From: Phoronis australis
Lineage: Eukaryota; Animalia; Phoronida
Direction of reading: 5' to 3'
Assembly: GCA_002633005.1 (NCBI GenBank)
Contig: NMRA01000403.1
Coordinates: 124,603-188,602, forward strand
Length of the DNA: 64,000 nt
Under the pieces are notes generated by a model, which saw only the letters and a list, made by a program, of their open reading frames with translations, searched no databases and was not told the DNA's origin. This document shows positions 12,217-23,104 of this stretch, in pieces. A program made the translations under genes and the position numbers. Every line of letters starts with the position of its first letter. Position 1 is the stretch's first letter.

Positions 12217-14232
12217 CCCCATACGTTTCCTTAAAGGACACCGATACACCAGAGTTCCTCAAGGCTCTATTTTTGGCCCACTTCTCTTCTTAATTTACAC
12301 CAATGATCTCCCATATTCTTCTCGCGTGGACGACACTGATCTCGTCACACCTATCAGTCTCACTGAATTTCCCCAAAACACTTTATAACTGAGGGCCACC
12401 ATGGAAAGTAGTAAGAGCCCGAATTTTGGTAATGTGTCCCTTTTACTAAGATTCACGAAGTACGTTCAGGGCTATGAATTGTGTATCACCGAATTTTGGT
12501 AGTTCTTGTCTTTTTATATGTCTTTTTGTTTTCTACTTTTTCGGAGTTATTGTTTCTTTTTGCCCACTTCGTCAACTGGGGAGGGGGTTATGTGGCCACC
12601 TTCATTGTAAATATTAAAATAAGATAAAGCGATCATCTACCGTCAAAAACAAACTGAATCTTTTTCAGTCTGGTTTTCCGTAAGCAAACTTTCAATATAT
12701 CAAAAAAAAACAAAGTACATTAATAATCTTCCATTACACCCAAAAGAAAGTTGACTATACATCCCATCATATGTATAAATAGCAAAACAATCACTGAGTC
12801 ACGTGGACGATTTTCTTTTCCTTGGCCATGATTACCGTAGGCAGAAACCTCCCACGGCCCACCTTAACCTGCTCGTTTCAAACAAACGCAACAAACTCGG
12901 TGGACTCATGAAGTGTACATAAATAAAAATCTTATCTTCCCCTCCCAGCTCTACTCCCTTGTTTTACAACATTAAACCAAGGACCTTGTGTAGGCCTACA
13001 GTCCAGAAGACAATCCTTCACACTATGTCAAATTCCACTGTTAAATGCTCACATTCTGAATATATATGTAAAGAACCCCACCTCCTCTACTTCAACTGAG
13101 AAATTTTACTACTATACCTCAATAACCAGCTAGTTAAGTATTTTACTGAACACAAGCAAGTGTATTAGAGCGATCCGATATAAACCAAGTATACACACTA
13201 GAGTTCCCATGTTCTTGAATCAATATTCTGTGACTAGTGCAACAATATAACCCAAATTTTAATTCCTTTATCCAACAGTTTTCATCAAGAACATGAACCC
13301 GATTTGCAAACCCCTGTCAAGCTTTTATTCAACGACGAGATACCACTCTCTGCAAACATTCTCCAGATATTTTACCAACATTGTATTATTATAGCTGCTA
13401 CAACCCAATTTGTCATAATTGCAACTGCCTCGTATGCAATACGTGGAAACTTATTTTTCCTTAAGCTCAGAGCTGTTTGTCTACTTCCTGGTCCAACGGT
13501 CGCTAGCGTTACTTCACGTTGTTTTATTTAAGCACATATCTCAAGTCTTTTCATCTTTTTGTATATTTTATTTACTCATTTTACCATGTTTATAAAGTGG
13601 CCTTCTCGATACCGCTCGAAAACATTTAAGCCTTGCAATATAATTTAATTTGTATCTTACCTCAAGTTTAATAAAAACACCCCCCCCCCACCACGCACGG
13701 GTTCCATCAACCAACTCACGCTCCTTGGCGCTAGTCAAGCGTTCCGGGAATTTCTGAATTTGCTCAGACAGTGGATCCTCATCGTTTTTATACTATGCTT
13801 GATTAGTTTCGAATTGTTCACGGTAACCGAAACTAGACAACGGTTTCCGCATTTAGTCATAGTTGAAAAAAAATTCAACAAACATTCCAAGGCGAATGGT
13901 ATTTTCTCGCCAATATTTCAGACTTTTCCGGGGGGTAAACCAATTAATTTTCCGACATCTTAATCTTTGCAAGGACACGCGACTTTTGTTACCCGGGTCA
14001 AAGCTAGAGATTTGTTTCGACGGCTGTACAACATACAGAAACATCCAACGTGTGAGAAAGACAGTGAAGTATACATGAACCAGAACATCGAATCGAATCA
14101 CGTGGACCGCGCATACCAGCATACAGGTACCTCAAGCATTAACTGCCCAGCATGCTGACGGCGTTTTTTCTCGGTCGATTCGGGGAGGTAAGCCCTTCTA
14201 AATACGCTTGTGACTTCGTTGTAAAAGATCCG

Positions 14233-15345
14233 TATTGAAATCAAATAGATGTTGCAATGCCGTGCAGTTACCGACGAATAAAAACATAAAATAGTAGAAC
14301 AAGTAAAACTAAAATGACGAGCATAAAATATATTAAAATATCCCCACGTATCGAGCGATGCGTTCTTTCTCAAGGGTGTGTTCTACAGACTGCTGAATAC
14401 ATGTGGGTCGAGATCTTAACTAAAATGGCACAGGGGACCACATAGTGACATACAATAAACGTGAACAATATGAACACAACAGGACATAGCAACTAGCATT
14501 GGGGTAGGCCTACGTATGACGAGAGATAGAGACCCAAACAGAGACATACGCAGCTACTGGAGTCTACTCACTAGAGACTTGTAGTGAGACAGAAGCCCTA
14601 TGTCTCTGTTTAGTCCTCTGGCGTGAGTGTTAAACTTAGCGATGAATTCAGCCTCGCATTTTCTTCTACGTGAGTTAAATGTCCGATAGTCCGCCTTTGA
14701 CTACAAGTACATTGACGTCACTGGTAGTATATGGCCTGGGAGGTTGAAATGACCAATGGGGACCGCCCTATTATTGTGAAGAACCGTCTGCCTATTATAT
14801 ATGGCTGCCCATGGCCGTTCATTCTAGTGCCTAATGAACGGCCATAGGAAGACGATTCTTCACAATAATAGGGCGGTCCCCATTGGGTAACATTTCAACC
14901 TCCCAGGCCATACTACCAGTGACGTCAATGTACTTGTAGTCAAAGGTGGACTGTCGGACATTTACGCACGTAGAAAATGAGAGGCTGAATTCATCGCAGT
15001 TTTTAAAACACTCACGCCAGAGGACTAAACAGAGACCAAGTCTGTAGTGAATAGACTCCAGTATCTGCGCATGTCTCTATTTGTGTGTGTGTGTGTCTCT
15101 CTCTCTCGTCTTACGTAGGCCTACCCCACTGGTAGTTGCTATGTCCCGTTGTTCATATTGTTCAAGTTTATTGTATGTCACTAAGTGGTCCCCTGTGCCA
15201 TTTTATTTTAGATCTACATGTATTCAGAAGTCTGTAGCACACCCTTGAGAAAGAGCGCAGCGCTCGATACGTGGGGACATCATTTTTGATATATTTTAGT
15301 ACCGACGCTCGTCATTTCAGATTGACTAGTTTTAGTATTTTATAT
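14233..15345. mobile_element. Foldback element: ~520 bp imperfect inverted arms with a ~9 nt central spacer
   Basis: 14288-14823 is the reverse complement of ~14833-15343 with scattered substitutions and indels; centre atggccgttcatt-ctagtgcct-aatgaacggccat; flanking direct repeat taaaagatccg at 14222-14232 and 15346-15356. Confidence 0.8.
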
Positions 15346-16469
15346 TAAAAGATCCGATATGTCTAGTTTGCAGGGATGTCCCCAATTATCAGGCTTTTGA
15401 ATTCCGGTTACACAACACTTCCAAGACTAACCATTTTTAAAGCAAATGCTTCGATTCCGACGTCCCCGTAAATCTTACTCCACGAGTACAGAACCCAACA
15501 AACTCGGTCACCCTTTTCTTCTCGCCCCTGTAGGAACTGCAGCATAACACACAGGTTATTGTAATGGACCACACACAACACCGTGAACACTCAATAACGA
15601 CGGCGCAAAATTGCCCCAAGGTTACAATGCGGACAAGTAACTTTACGTTCAACCTGCAGCTGCTCGCATGAAAACACTTTATTGGTGAAGAGCCATATCA
15701 AATTTCCTGCACAGGCCTATTTGGACATCACTGTTTGTGATGGATGACGGACACCCCAACCCCACTTTGACAAGTTCAGGTACACATCACGCCCACGGTG
15801 CAAACGTTTCAAAGAGCGATTGCAATCGAATTCCTTTACAACGAGCCCTTCCGTGACCACCTTAAAACCTTCCTTACTCTCCAGTTCATTGCAAACAGAA
15901 CCAATTACATTGACTAAATGTTGGGGACAGATAAAAAGAAATTCGAAAACATGCAGAAGCCCGTTTCCAAGAATAAGTGCAATGCAATGGGAAGTCTTAG
16001 TTTGTAACAAGAGACTGTCAAACCAGAACAGAACTACGTCCCACAGCCAGAAACAGTCTTTAGAAAACCAGAGTATATCTGAATGATCAAAGCAGAGTTT
16101 CCATTTTTATCACATTTGTTCATTGAGGAGCAAGTGTATTGCCATATACTGAATTTACTCAGTGCAAATGGTTGCAGTCAAACCAATACAACAAACATCA
16201 TGGAACTTTCAAAATTACAAGATAAAATCGAAACTTGGGAGTTAGCAAGTTTTCTTCACTCTTATAGGTGTATGGTGTATCATGTATCACTATATCACAA
16301 CAATATAGTACTAGATTCTGTACCCAGTGGCAAATACTGACCACTGAAGTCAAGAATCCTAACCGCTGAGTAGCGAGCGCCCAAAACAATAAATCATTCT
16401 GAATATGGTATTATTATTTTTTTATTTTATCCAATATCTGTACAGGTAAGACGACTCCCACGGAGTGCT

Positions 16470-16598
16470 CTATGCCATGAGAACACAGCATCCTCCAACT
16501 TTCTTGATTTTCTCCTCAGCTTCACGACTGAAGAACTTGGCCTTCACAATGACTGGCTGTTTGGGCAAGTTACCTTTTCCTAAAACTTTGTAGTATCC
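16470..16598 (-). CDS. RPL27A: RPL27A last coding exon
   Basis: ttttag|[24 protein letters not shown]...MA-TAG; AATAAA on minus at 16421-16426. Confidence 0.97.
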   Translation of the reverse strand, partial: GYYKVLGKGNLPKQPVIVKAKFFSREAEEKIKKVGGCCVLMA

Positions 16599-19500
16599 CT
16601 AAAATAGAAAAGGTTGGTTATGACATTGGTCACACACTGAATTAATTTACACCTAAAGCAAAGGTCGTACCCTGCTGCTGCCAGAGAGGCTAGCAGCAAG
16701 AAAATTTCTTTCACAGTGGGAATGCGTCGACAAAAACAACTGTACTGCTTATAAGATAGTGACTTGAAAAGATCGATGTGATTGGTCAAAACCATTTCCG
16801 GTTGCAATCATTACAAGCATGAAAATGCACCCCAAATAGGGCTAGGGACACTTATTAATATCCTAAAAACGGCCACAAGGTGACCACTGTTCTCCACAAC
16901 CTGTTTCGACTAGCCACTGCCCAGTGTTTGAAAACCTGTGCAACGAGTTTGAAGTATTGGGAGATTTGTCATTTTTCAAGCAAATTGGACATTTGGATTT
17001 TTGGCACCAGTTCAGTGCACTTATGTCAAGACGTGATGCAGAAACTACCCACAGTATGGACAGGGACTTTCGAACATGGTAATGAATTTTTTAATTCCCG
17101 TTGAGTTTGTATGAATGTTCTGCTGCGGGCATGCAGATTATGTCCATCATATCTGAAAAGGAGAGAGCATGAGTCTCCAAAGATACACGAACAAACGTGA
17201 AAAATAGAATTGCCACTATGAGGCAAAGCGAGGATCAGTTCCACCAAAAAGTTGCTGGCATTCGTTGTCACATTCACAGAAACACACGCGTGTCAAATTT
17301 CACAAAGATCTTCCAAGCGATTAAGGCAATACAGCTGCAGATGCCAGAAACCAAAATTGCAACAGTAATCAAACACGTCCAAAAGTAAATGACAGTTGTG
17401 GTCTTCTCAGCTGGAACATATCTGCCGATGACTAGGTAGTAGTAAGAGCTTTGAAGATTTCAGGAGTACTTCCCCTGGAAATCCTATTTTAAAGGTTTCC
17501 ACCTCACTCAGAGATTTAATTTTCAAACATAAAACATTCCACTGTACAAATTTGCACTTTTTCGTGTAATCTAGCTATGAATTTTGAGGAAAATGATAAA
17601 ATGTTGAAATTTAGAGTTCGTGTACAACACATAATTATTGATGAAAATGTTTCCTTAGGCATTTGAACAGAAACATCTAAATTTACGTGCCTCACTGGCT
17701 TTGGTGATGTTACAAACACCGCCAATTTCGAGTACACGGAATATTCACAAATGCAACAATGAATAATTCTATAATTGGGAATCACGTAAATTGCTCATGC
17801 CAGTTGCAACATTGTATGTTGGGTAAATGTGGACTTCCGACAGTGCAATTGCAAGGACGTGTGTACCATGGAGAACGCAAGTTGTTGTGTGCTTCTGCTC
17901 GCATGTGTTCAGTTGTGGAGAACAGAGCTAAGAGTGGTTGGGGGTCGGCAAAGTTAAAAAACAAGGCACTACCATCTTTGAGGCATCCCAGTTAGCAACT
18001 GATGAGAGAAGTAACTCTTCAATCCTATATATGCGAGAACAGCTTTTAACACAACAATCAAACTCACTGCTCTGACAACATCAATGACTGGGGCAACCTC
18101 GGTCTTGGTCTTGTAGTGCTGCCGTGTCTGCTCAGAGACCAGTGTCCACAGTTTGTCCAGGTTAATTGTAGGACAAAAGTACTTCTGGTTGGTCTTGTGA
18201 AAGTGACGCATACCCACTTTGCCAAAGTAACCAGGATGGTATTTGTCGAAGTTAATCCTGTGATGTGTCAGACCACCTGCGTTACCACGGCCACCAGGGT
18301 GCTTCCTGTGCTTGCCTGAAAATTAACACAACACATCAACAGTAAAGACGTCACGGACAGTTTTTCTTGACCGTGTTTGTTGGTTGCATATTCAATATGC
18401 ACAGATTCAGTGGGTCCTCCAAGAGGTTGGGATGCCACCAGCATTTACCTTGACACAAGCACAACGGAGTAATCCCCAGCACCCCATGCATGCTGATGCC
18501 CCCCCATGTCTTGCATTCACAGTTGTCTAAGCTGTGGACCCACGGTGCAACAGCAAAACTTGGGAGGCATCGAATACGGGAAAGAAATAATAAACACACG
18601 ACTAGCAAGTTTGAAGAATGGGGATCATAGTTAGGGTTTGACACAATGAGCTGCAGCTCGCATTTCAAAATTTGGAAATGTGAGCATCAGTCAACTTGGG
18701 GAGTTTGACAAAGTCAAAAAATGCCACCAAGGCCGGCTCTGGACTACACACTTGGACAACAACAATCTGTACAGATGATTTTGGTAATTTTCAGGCCCAA
18801 AACTTTCTGAGCATAGCAAAATAGAAGAAAATGGCGACAGGACACTCCTTGGCCATAACCCCCAACACGTCATTTTTTTCATTTTTGAATGTTGGCAACT
18901 GTGAATTTGGCGCGCTAAAATTTGAAACAGCTATCTGAATTCTACAAATACAGATTGAGTCTTTGGCCAGATTGCAAATGACGACCAGCTAATTTCCATA
19001 TCGTGAAGGGCTGATGCAGGGGTAAATAGCGGTGTTCTAACTAGGACTGAAGTTGAGCATGACGGCAGTGACGTAACACTGTCAATCGTAGTGTTCAGTA
19101 AAGTCCCGAATGGAGACCATACGCTGTGTTTTGGTTAATTTTTGTCAATTCATAGTTAGGTAATAATTGCCACAAAAATGATGAGATTCAGAATGCAGTG
19201 TGCACTATACTGAAGATTGTGACAGGCTGAGAACACTTAAAAGCACCGAGTAGTCATGACTGATATAACAATCAGTCAACACCAGAGTATGGTGGCTCAA
19301 CATTATAGTATGGTATTTAAAAAGCCTTGTGAGAAGGTTCTTAATTTCCTGTGTACTATGGTATTTAAAAAGCCTTGTGAGAAGGTTCTTAATTTCCTGT
19401 GTTTTCTGTACCTACCAATACGGCCGTGTCCGTGGCTGACATGACCTCGTAACTTCCGAGTTTTCTTGTCTTTGGCAGCCTGTAAACAGTATGAGAATAA

Positions 19501-22355
19501 GTTAGGGCTGTTCCAGCAAAATCTGTATGGGAGGGGGGGAAGGCACTTTTATTTCATACCCACCGCCCGTATTTTTCATTTATTTCTCCAACCCATGACC
19601 CATAATTTTTTAATTATTTTTAATAGGTTAAAATATAAAATCCAACACTTGCAAACAAATTGCCTCCAGGAGGACCTGTTAAGAACTTAGATGACTGACA
19701 GACAAGAACTAGTTGTCTTGTCCAATATTGTCAAAAACTAAAGTAGCCTGTGAGCAATACTTTTGGCAGCCACCAGGTGTCTCTGTTCACCATGTGTCTA
19801 TAATTTCAATGAACATTTTTTCATTTATAAGGATCTATGAATCTCAAACTGTCTCCACGAACTCTTCTATACTTCTATGTCAAGTGAATATTGGAACTTG
19901 TTTATCTTACTCCTCATACTTTTTATTTAAAAATCATCAATTTTCTTATATGTGTTAACACCAGTTCAGTGTTGCATAACTTTTCAATTCAATAGGACTG
20001 CAGACAAACAGTTGGCTCAAATCGAGTTGCCCATGACTTGATTAATGGCTTAGTGAACATATTGCACTCTGTTCACTGGCAATATGGGCTTTTTTGTATT
20101 TGGATAAGTTAGGACAATTGCATTTATTTTTGAGTTTTTACCGCTGAAGTAACCAACCTATCGACATTAACAGGTTAAAAAATACCACCCATTTTTAATG
20201 CATCACTTCTTACAGGAACAACCACCCATAATTTGAGTTTTTTTTCTGAAGACCACCACCCATGAATTTTTATTTCTACTGCCGTCCCCCCCCTCCCACA
20301 CGGATTTTACTGGAACAGCCCTTAATGACTAGCAGTAAGTAGTAGCCAGATTCTTCATTCCATAACAACATAGATGATCAAAAACATCATAAGGCCAAAG
20401 TTTACACACTGTAGGTTTGACTTTGTTGAGATGTGAGATTTTCAGTATATCAAAACTTCAAGTTGACAAGCTAGGGCCTGCGGTGCAAGCAAGTAGTGTA
20501 AGTTGGTGGATCAACTATAGTAATTCCCCACATATGTGACCCAGCACGACAAAACTACCTAACAGTTACTTTCCGTGAAAATTAGTCCGACAACAGCAAC
20601 TAGTCACAAGATGAGTTTAATGATCAATCCATCGTGAATACGGTTACGTTGGATTGGAACAAGCAGAACTTGAAGAAAACAGTCCGGATTAGCTTACTCG
20701 CAGAACAATGGCTCGTTCCTGCAAAGCCAGTGGATTGGGGTGCAAGCAACTGAAAGTTACTGCAAGAGAGAACAATCTTTGACAGGGCTGCATCACTCAG
20801 TGTAATGTCGAAGAAATCCTTGCTCTGCAGTTGCCAGTGAAGGACATGGACAGGGATGAGTGATGGTCATTTATTTTTCCAAATTATTTATACTAGCGTA
20901 AAATTTTGAATTATTGTGAACAAAAGTCAGTCACTGATGTGTATTTTGTAATCGGCAGGACTTTATTTTATTAAACTTCTTCAAAATACACTCGTTTTAC
21001 TTGCAGTAACCTCTCCTGCCACAAGTGGACTGATCCTATGGGCTCCATTCCCCTCTAAAGAATAATAAGTCATGCGAAATTCCCCTCATGATGTCCAAAA
21101 CTTCCCCCTGAATGTGATTGAGAAATTCCCCACTTGTGACAATTTGAAAAAGCACAAAATGTTAGTTTTTGCTCCTTGAAGCAGAGACTACGAGGGCTTG
21201 CAACAGGGTGAGAGCTATTTATGGTGATAGGGAGGTAAAATTTTCTCCTCAACCTGAAACATTCCATTCTCAGAAGGCACAGGCACCTTTCCCCTTGGAT
21301 GAATGAGGACCCTGGCTAAATATGTGAAGACTTACCATATTTGGTCTGCAGTGATTAAACAACAGAAAGGGTAAATGAGATGGATTTAACTTATAAAATA
21401 AGACAAATGCCTCGGCACTGGACGGATAAAGCGGTCCCAGACTTAGAGAACCAGGCAGTCACTAAATAACGGGACCGTTACTTAATGGATGAAACTGGTT
21501 CTCTAAATCAGGGACCGCTATATCCGACCAGTGCCAACGCCTCTTGGTTGTAACTAGGTTTGGATGCTAGGCTCTCATGCCTGTGTTTAATACTTGCTGT
21601 CAGCCTGTGTATTTTCCTACACAGACACCCAACAGCGGTAGAATCCACAACCGATGCAGGCACACACAAAACTTGGAAGGCAGAAAAGAAGTTACTCAGG
21701 CTCAGCCCCTAAAAAGCAGCCCCCAAAGAGCAGCTCCCAACATAACCAAGTAAGGATCATCTCACGATTTCATTGACGTATCGGAAAAATCTCGATGGTT
21801 ATTAAACAGTAAATGTATTGATGACGCAGTATCTGACAGAAGGATTTAAAAAAGGTTATCTTCTACGCACGAAAAGTATACCTGCGGTGGATACCTGCCA
21901 GATAGGCATCAGAGACCAGCAACTAGCGGAGAGCTGCCACTGGTCGTAGTATTATATGTAGTGTATTGGGGACGATCAGAAGCTGAGGACGCCTGTGGTA
22001 AAGTGGACCCTGATTTAGAGAACCGTCTCACTGAATAACAGCCCCGTTACTCAGTTGGACGAAACTGGTTCGCTAGGTCAGGGGCCCCTATATCCCAGCA
22101 GGAGCGTTAAAGAGGTTCTGCAAAAATAGAAGACGAACGCAGAGGATTCTCCAAAATACCGTGGTCCACTACACTTATTTATATCGGTTTAACATCGAAC
22201 TATAACATTTCGCGAACCAATGTTCTCTGAAGGTGACCTCGTGTATTTCAATTTATTGTTTGTGCATGGCAATTAAGAAAAACATCGATTGTTGAAGAGA
22301 TGTTGGCCGATAATAATGATAGTTCTTATGCGGTAAGATGTCTCAAACCCACCAT
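16470..22355 (-). CDS. RPL27A: 60S ribosomal protein L27a (uL15), complete spliced gene, 147 aa
   Basis: join(complement 22353-22355, 19416-19479, 18068-18315, 16470-16598) gives [37 protein letters not shown]...[28 protein letters not shown]; all introns GT-AG with matching phases. Confidence 0.97.
18068..18315 (-). CDS. RPL27A: RPL27A coding exon 3
   Basis: ttcag|(G)[14 protein letters not shown]...VIDVVRA|gtgagt. Confidence 0.97.
19309..19402. repeat. 48 bp tandem duplication next to the RPL27A exon 2 donor
   Basis: tatggtatttaaaaagccttgtgagaaggttcttaatttcctgtgt twice. Confidence 0.9.
19416..19479 (-). CDS. RPL27A: RPL27A coding exon 2
   Basis: tttacag|[21 protein letters not shown](G)|gtaggt. 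Confidence 0.97.
19505..20321. mobile_element. PIF/Harbinger (Tourist-like) MITE in RPL27A intron 1
   Basis: TIRs GGGCTGTTCCAG...CTGGAACAGCCC, TTA TSD on both sides. Confidence 0.8.
21414..21535. mobile_element. Palindromic MITE with GGCAC termini (Merlin-like or MULE)
   Basis: ggcactggacggataaagcggtccc...gggaccgctatatccgaccagtgcc; 8 bp TSD aatgcctc / aacgcctc; relatives at ~21996-22098 and 22970-23104. Confidence 0.65.
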
Positions 22356-22381
22356 ATTGAACCGTGACGTCAAAAAGGAAG
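22353..22381 (-). promoter_or_regulatory. RPL27A: RPL27A exon 1 with TCT initiator / 5'TOP and the start codon
   Basis: Minus strand CTTCCTTTTTGACGTCACGGTTCAATATG|GTGGGT: pyrimidine start typical of ribosomal protein genes, exon ends on ATG. Confidence 0.85.
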
Positions 22382-22399
22382 TGCACTACGGAAACACAC

Positions 22400-22526
22400 G
22401 AATCGGAGCGAATACAGTTCGGCTCACGAATCATGGAGTCACGGAGTCGGACTTGATGTCTTGATGAGCAGGAAGTCTGGAACTGTGTCATAGATTTGCA
22501 AGATACGCACTTCTTCCCGTGTCGCA
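22400..22526 (+). promoter_or_regulatory. Probable non-coding first exon of the DENND2-like gene (bidirectional promoter with RPL27A)
   Basis: CpG-richer stretch with ETS-like GGAAGT motifs ending in donor GCA|GTAAGT at 22527; candidate acceptor tttttcag at 27794; 5' end approximate. Confidence 0.5.
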
Positions 22527-23035
22527 GTAAGTTGTATATAGTTTTGTTGCATGTGTTGTAAATTACACATAATTTCAATATCCTGTTGTCGCAGTGGGCT
22601 CTGACTAGGCCTAGGGTACAGCGATTTTCATTTTGAGAACCAGGCCAGCTAGCTGAATTATAGCCTACACTTACAGCTTTGTATATAACCGCAGAATGAG
22701 CACTAGTTATCTTTATTAATTTATAAGTCGGTGAGGTTTAACAATGAAACATTAGCACAAGTGCCATTATCCGACAATTTTTAAAAATCTATAAACATAA
22801 ACTACACCTGCCCGGCGCAAGTCAACTTAACAACGGGCATAACATTATATCATTAGCCAGGATGCCACAATATTATGAATTTTCGAATGCTAAAACGCCT
22901 CTTAGACATGCCCACATCATGCACATGATTACGCGTGTCAAGAGCTTTAAAACGGTACATGTAACACGGTCACTGGCCCGTTATTCAGTGATTGCCTGGT
23001 TCTCAAAATCAGGAACTGCTATTAACCTCTGACAC

Positions 23036-23104
23036 GGCACTGGTCGGATAAAGCGGTCCCAAACTGGTTCTCTGAATCAGGGACTGCTATATCTGACCAG
23101 TACC
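23036..23104. mobile_element. Short GGCAC-terminus MITE (same family as 21414)
   Basis: ggcactgg...ccagtacc with perfect 9 bp TSD ctctgacac. Confidence 0.7.

Larger units (their letters stand above)
11590..13100 (+). mobile_element. Degenerate CR1/L2-type LINE reverse transcriptase, interrupted by MITEs
   Basis: PISLL...FLNENDIL..KYRFRNFHS (11600-11750); VPQGSIFGPLLFLIYTNDLP...DDT (12250-12340); WF..SKLSI..KKTKYI (~12670-12725); right boundary approximate. Confidence 0.75.

Noticed and set aside
13853-14158. Possible LINE ORF1 remnant (HVDRAY resembling IDRAHR)
   Set aside because: Single weak motif, not enough to call
17112-17270. H/ACA-like hairpin ending in ACA in RPL27A intron 3
   Set aside because: No H box or recognisable target; flanked by sequence repeated at ~40960-41100 and ~24200-24290, so probably transposon-derived
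18350-18639. Telomerase RNA: AAACCCUAAC (template-like for TTAGGG) on the minus strand just upstream of the pseudoknotted structure
   Set aside because: No U-rich and A-rich triple-helix strands around the pseudoknot helix, no CR4/5 P6.1, and no room for an H/ACA domain before the exon 3 acceptor
19178-19230. C/D box snoRNA-like ATGATGA...CTGA
   Set aside because: Antisense to the host gene, only ~53 nt, no terminal stem or recognisable rRNA guide
21560-21712. Signal-peptide-like reading frame on the plus strand in RPL27A intron 1
   Set aside because: No in-frame ATG or supporting exon structure; short
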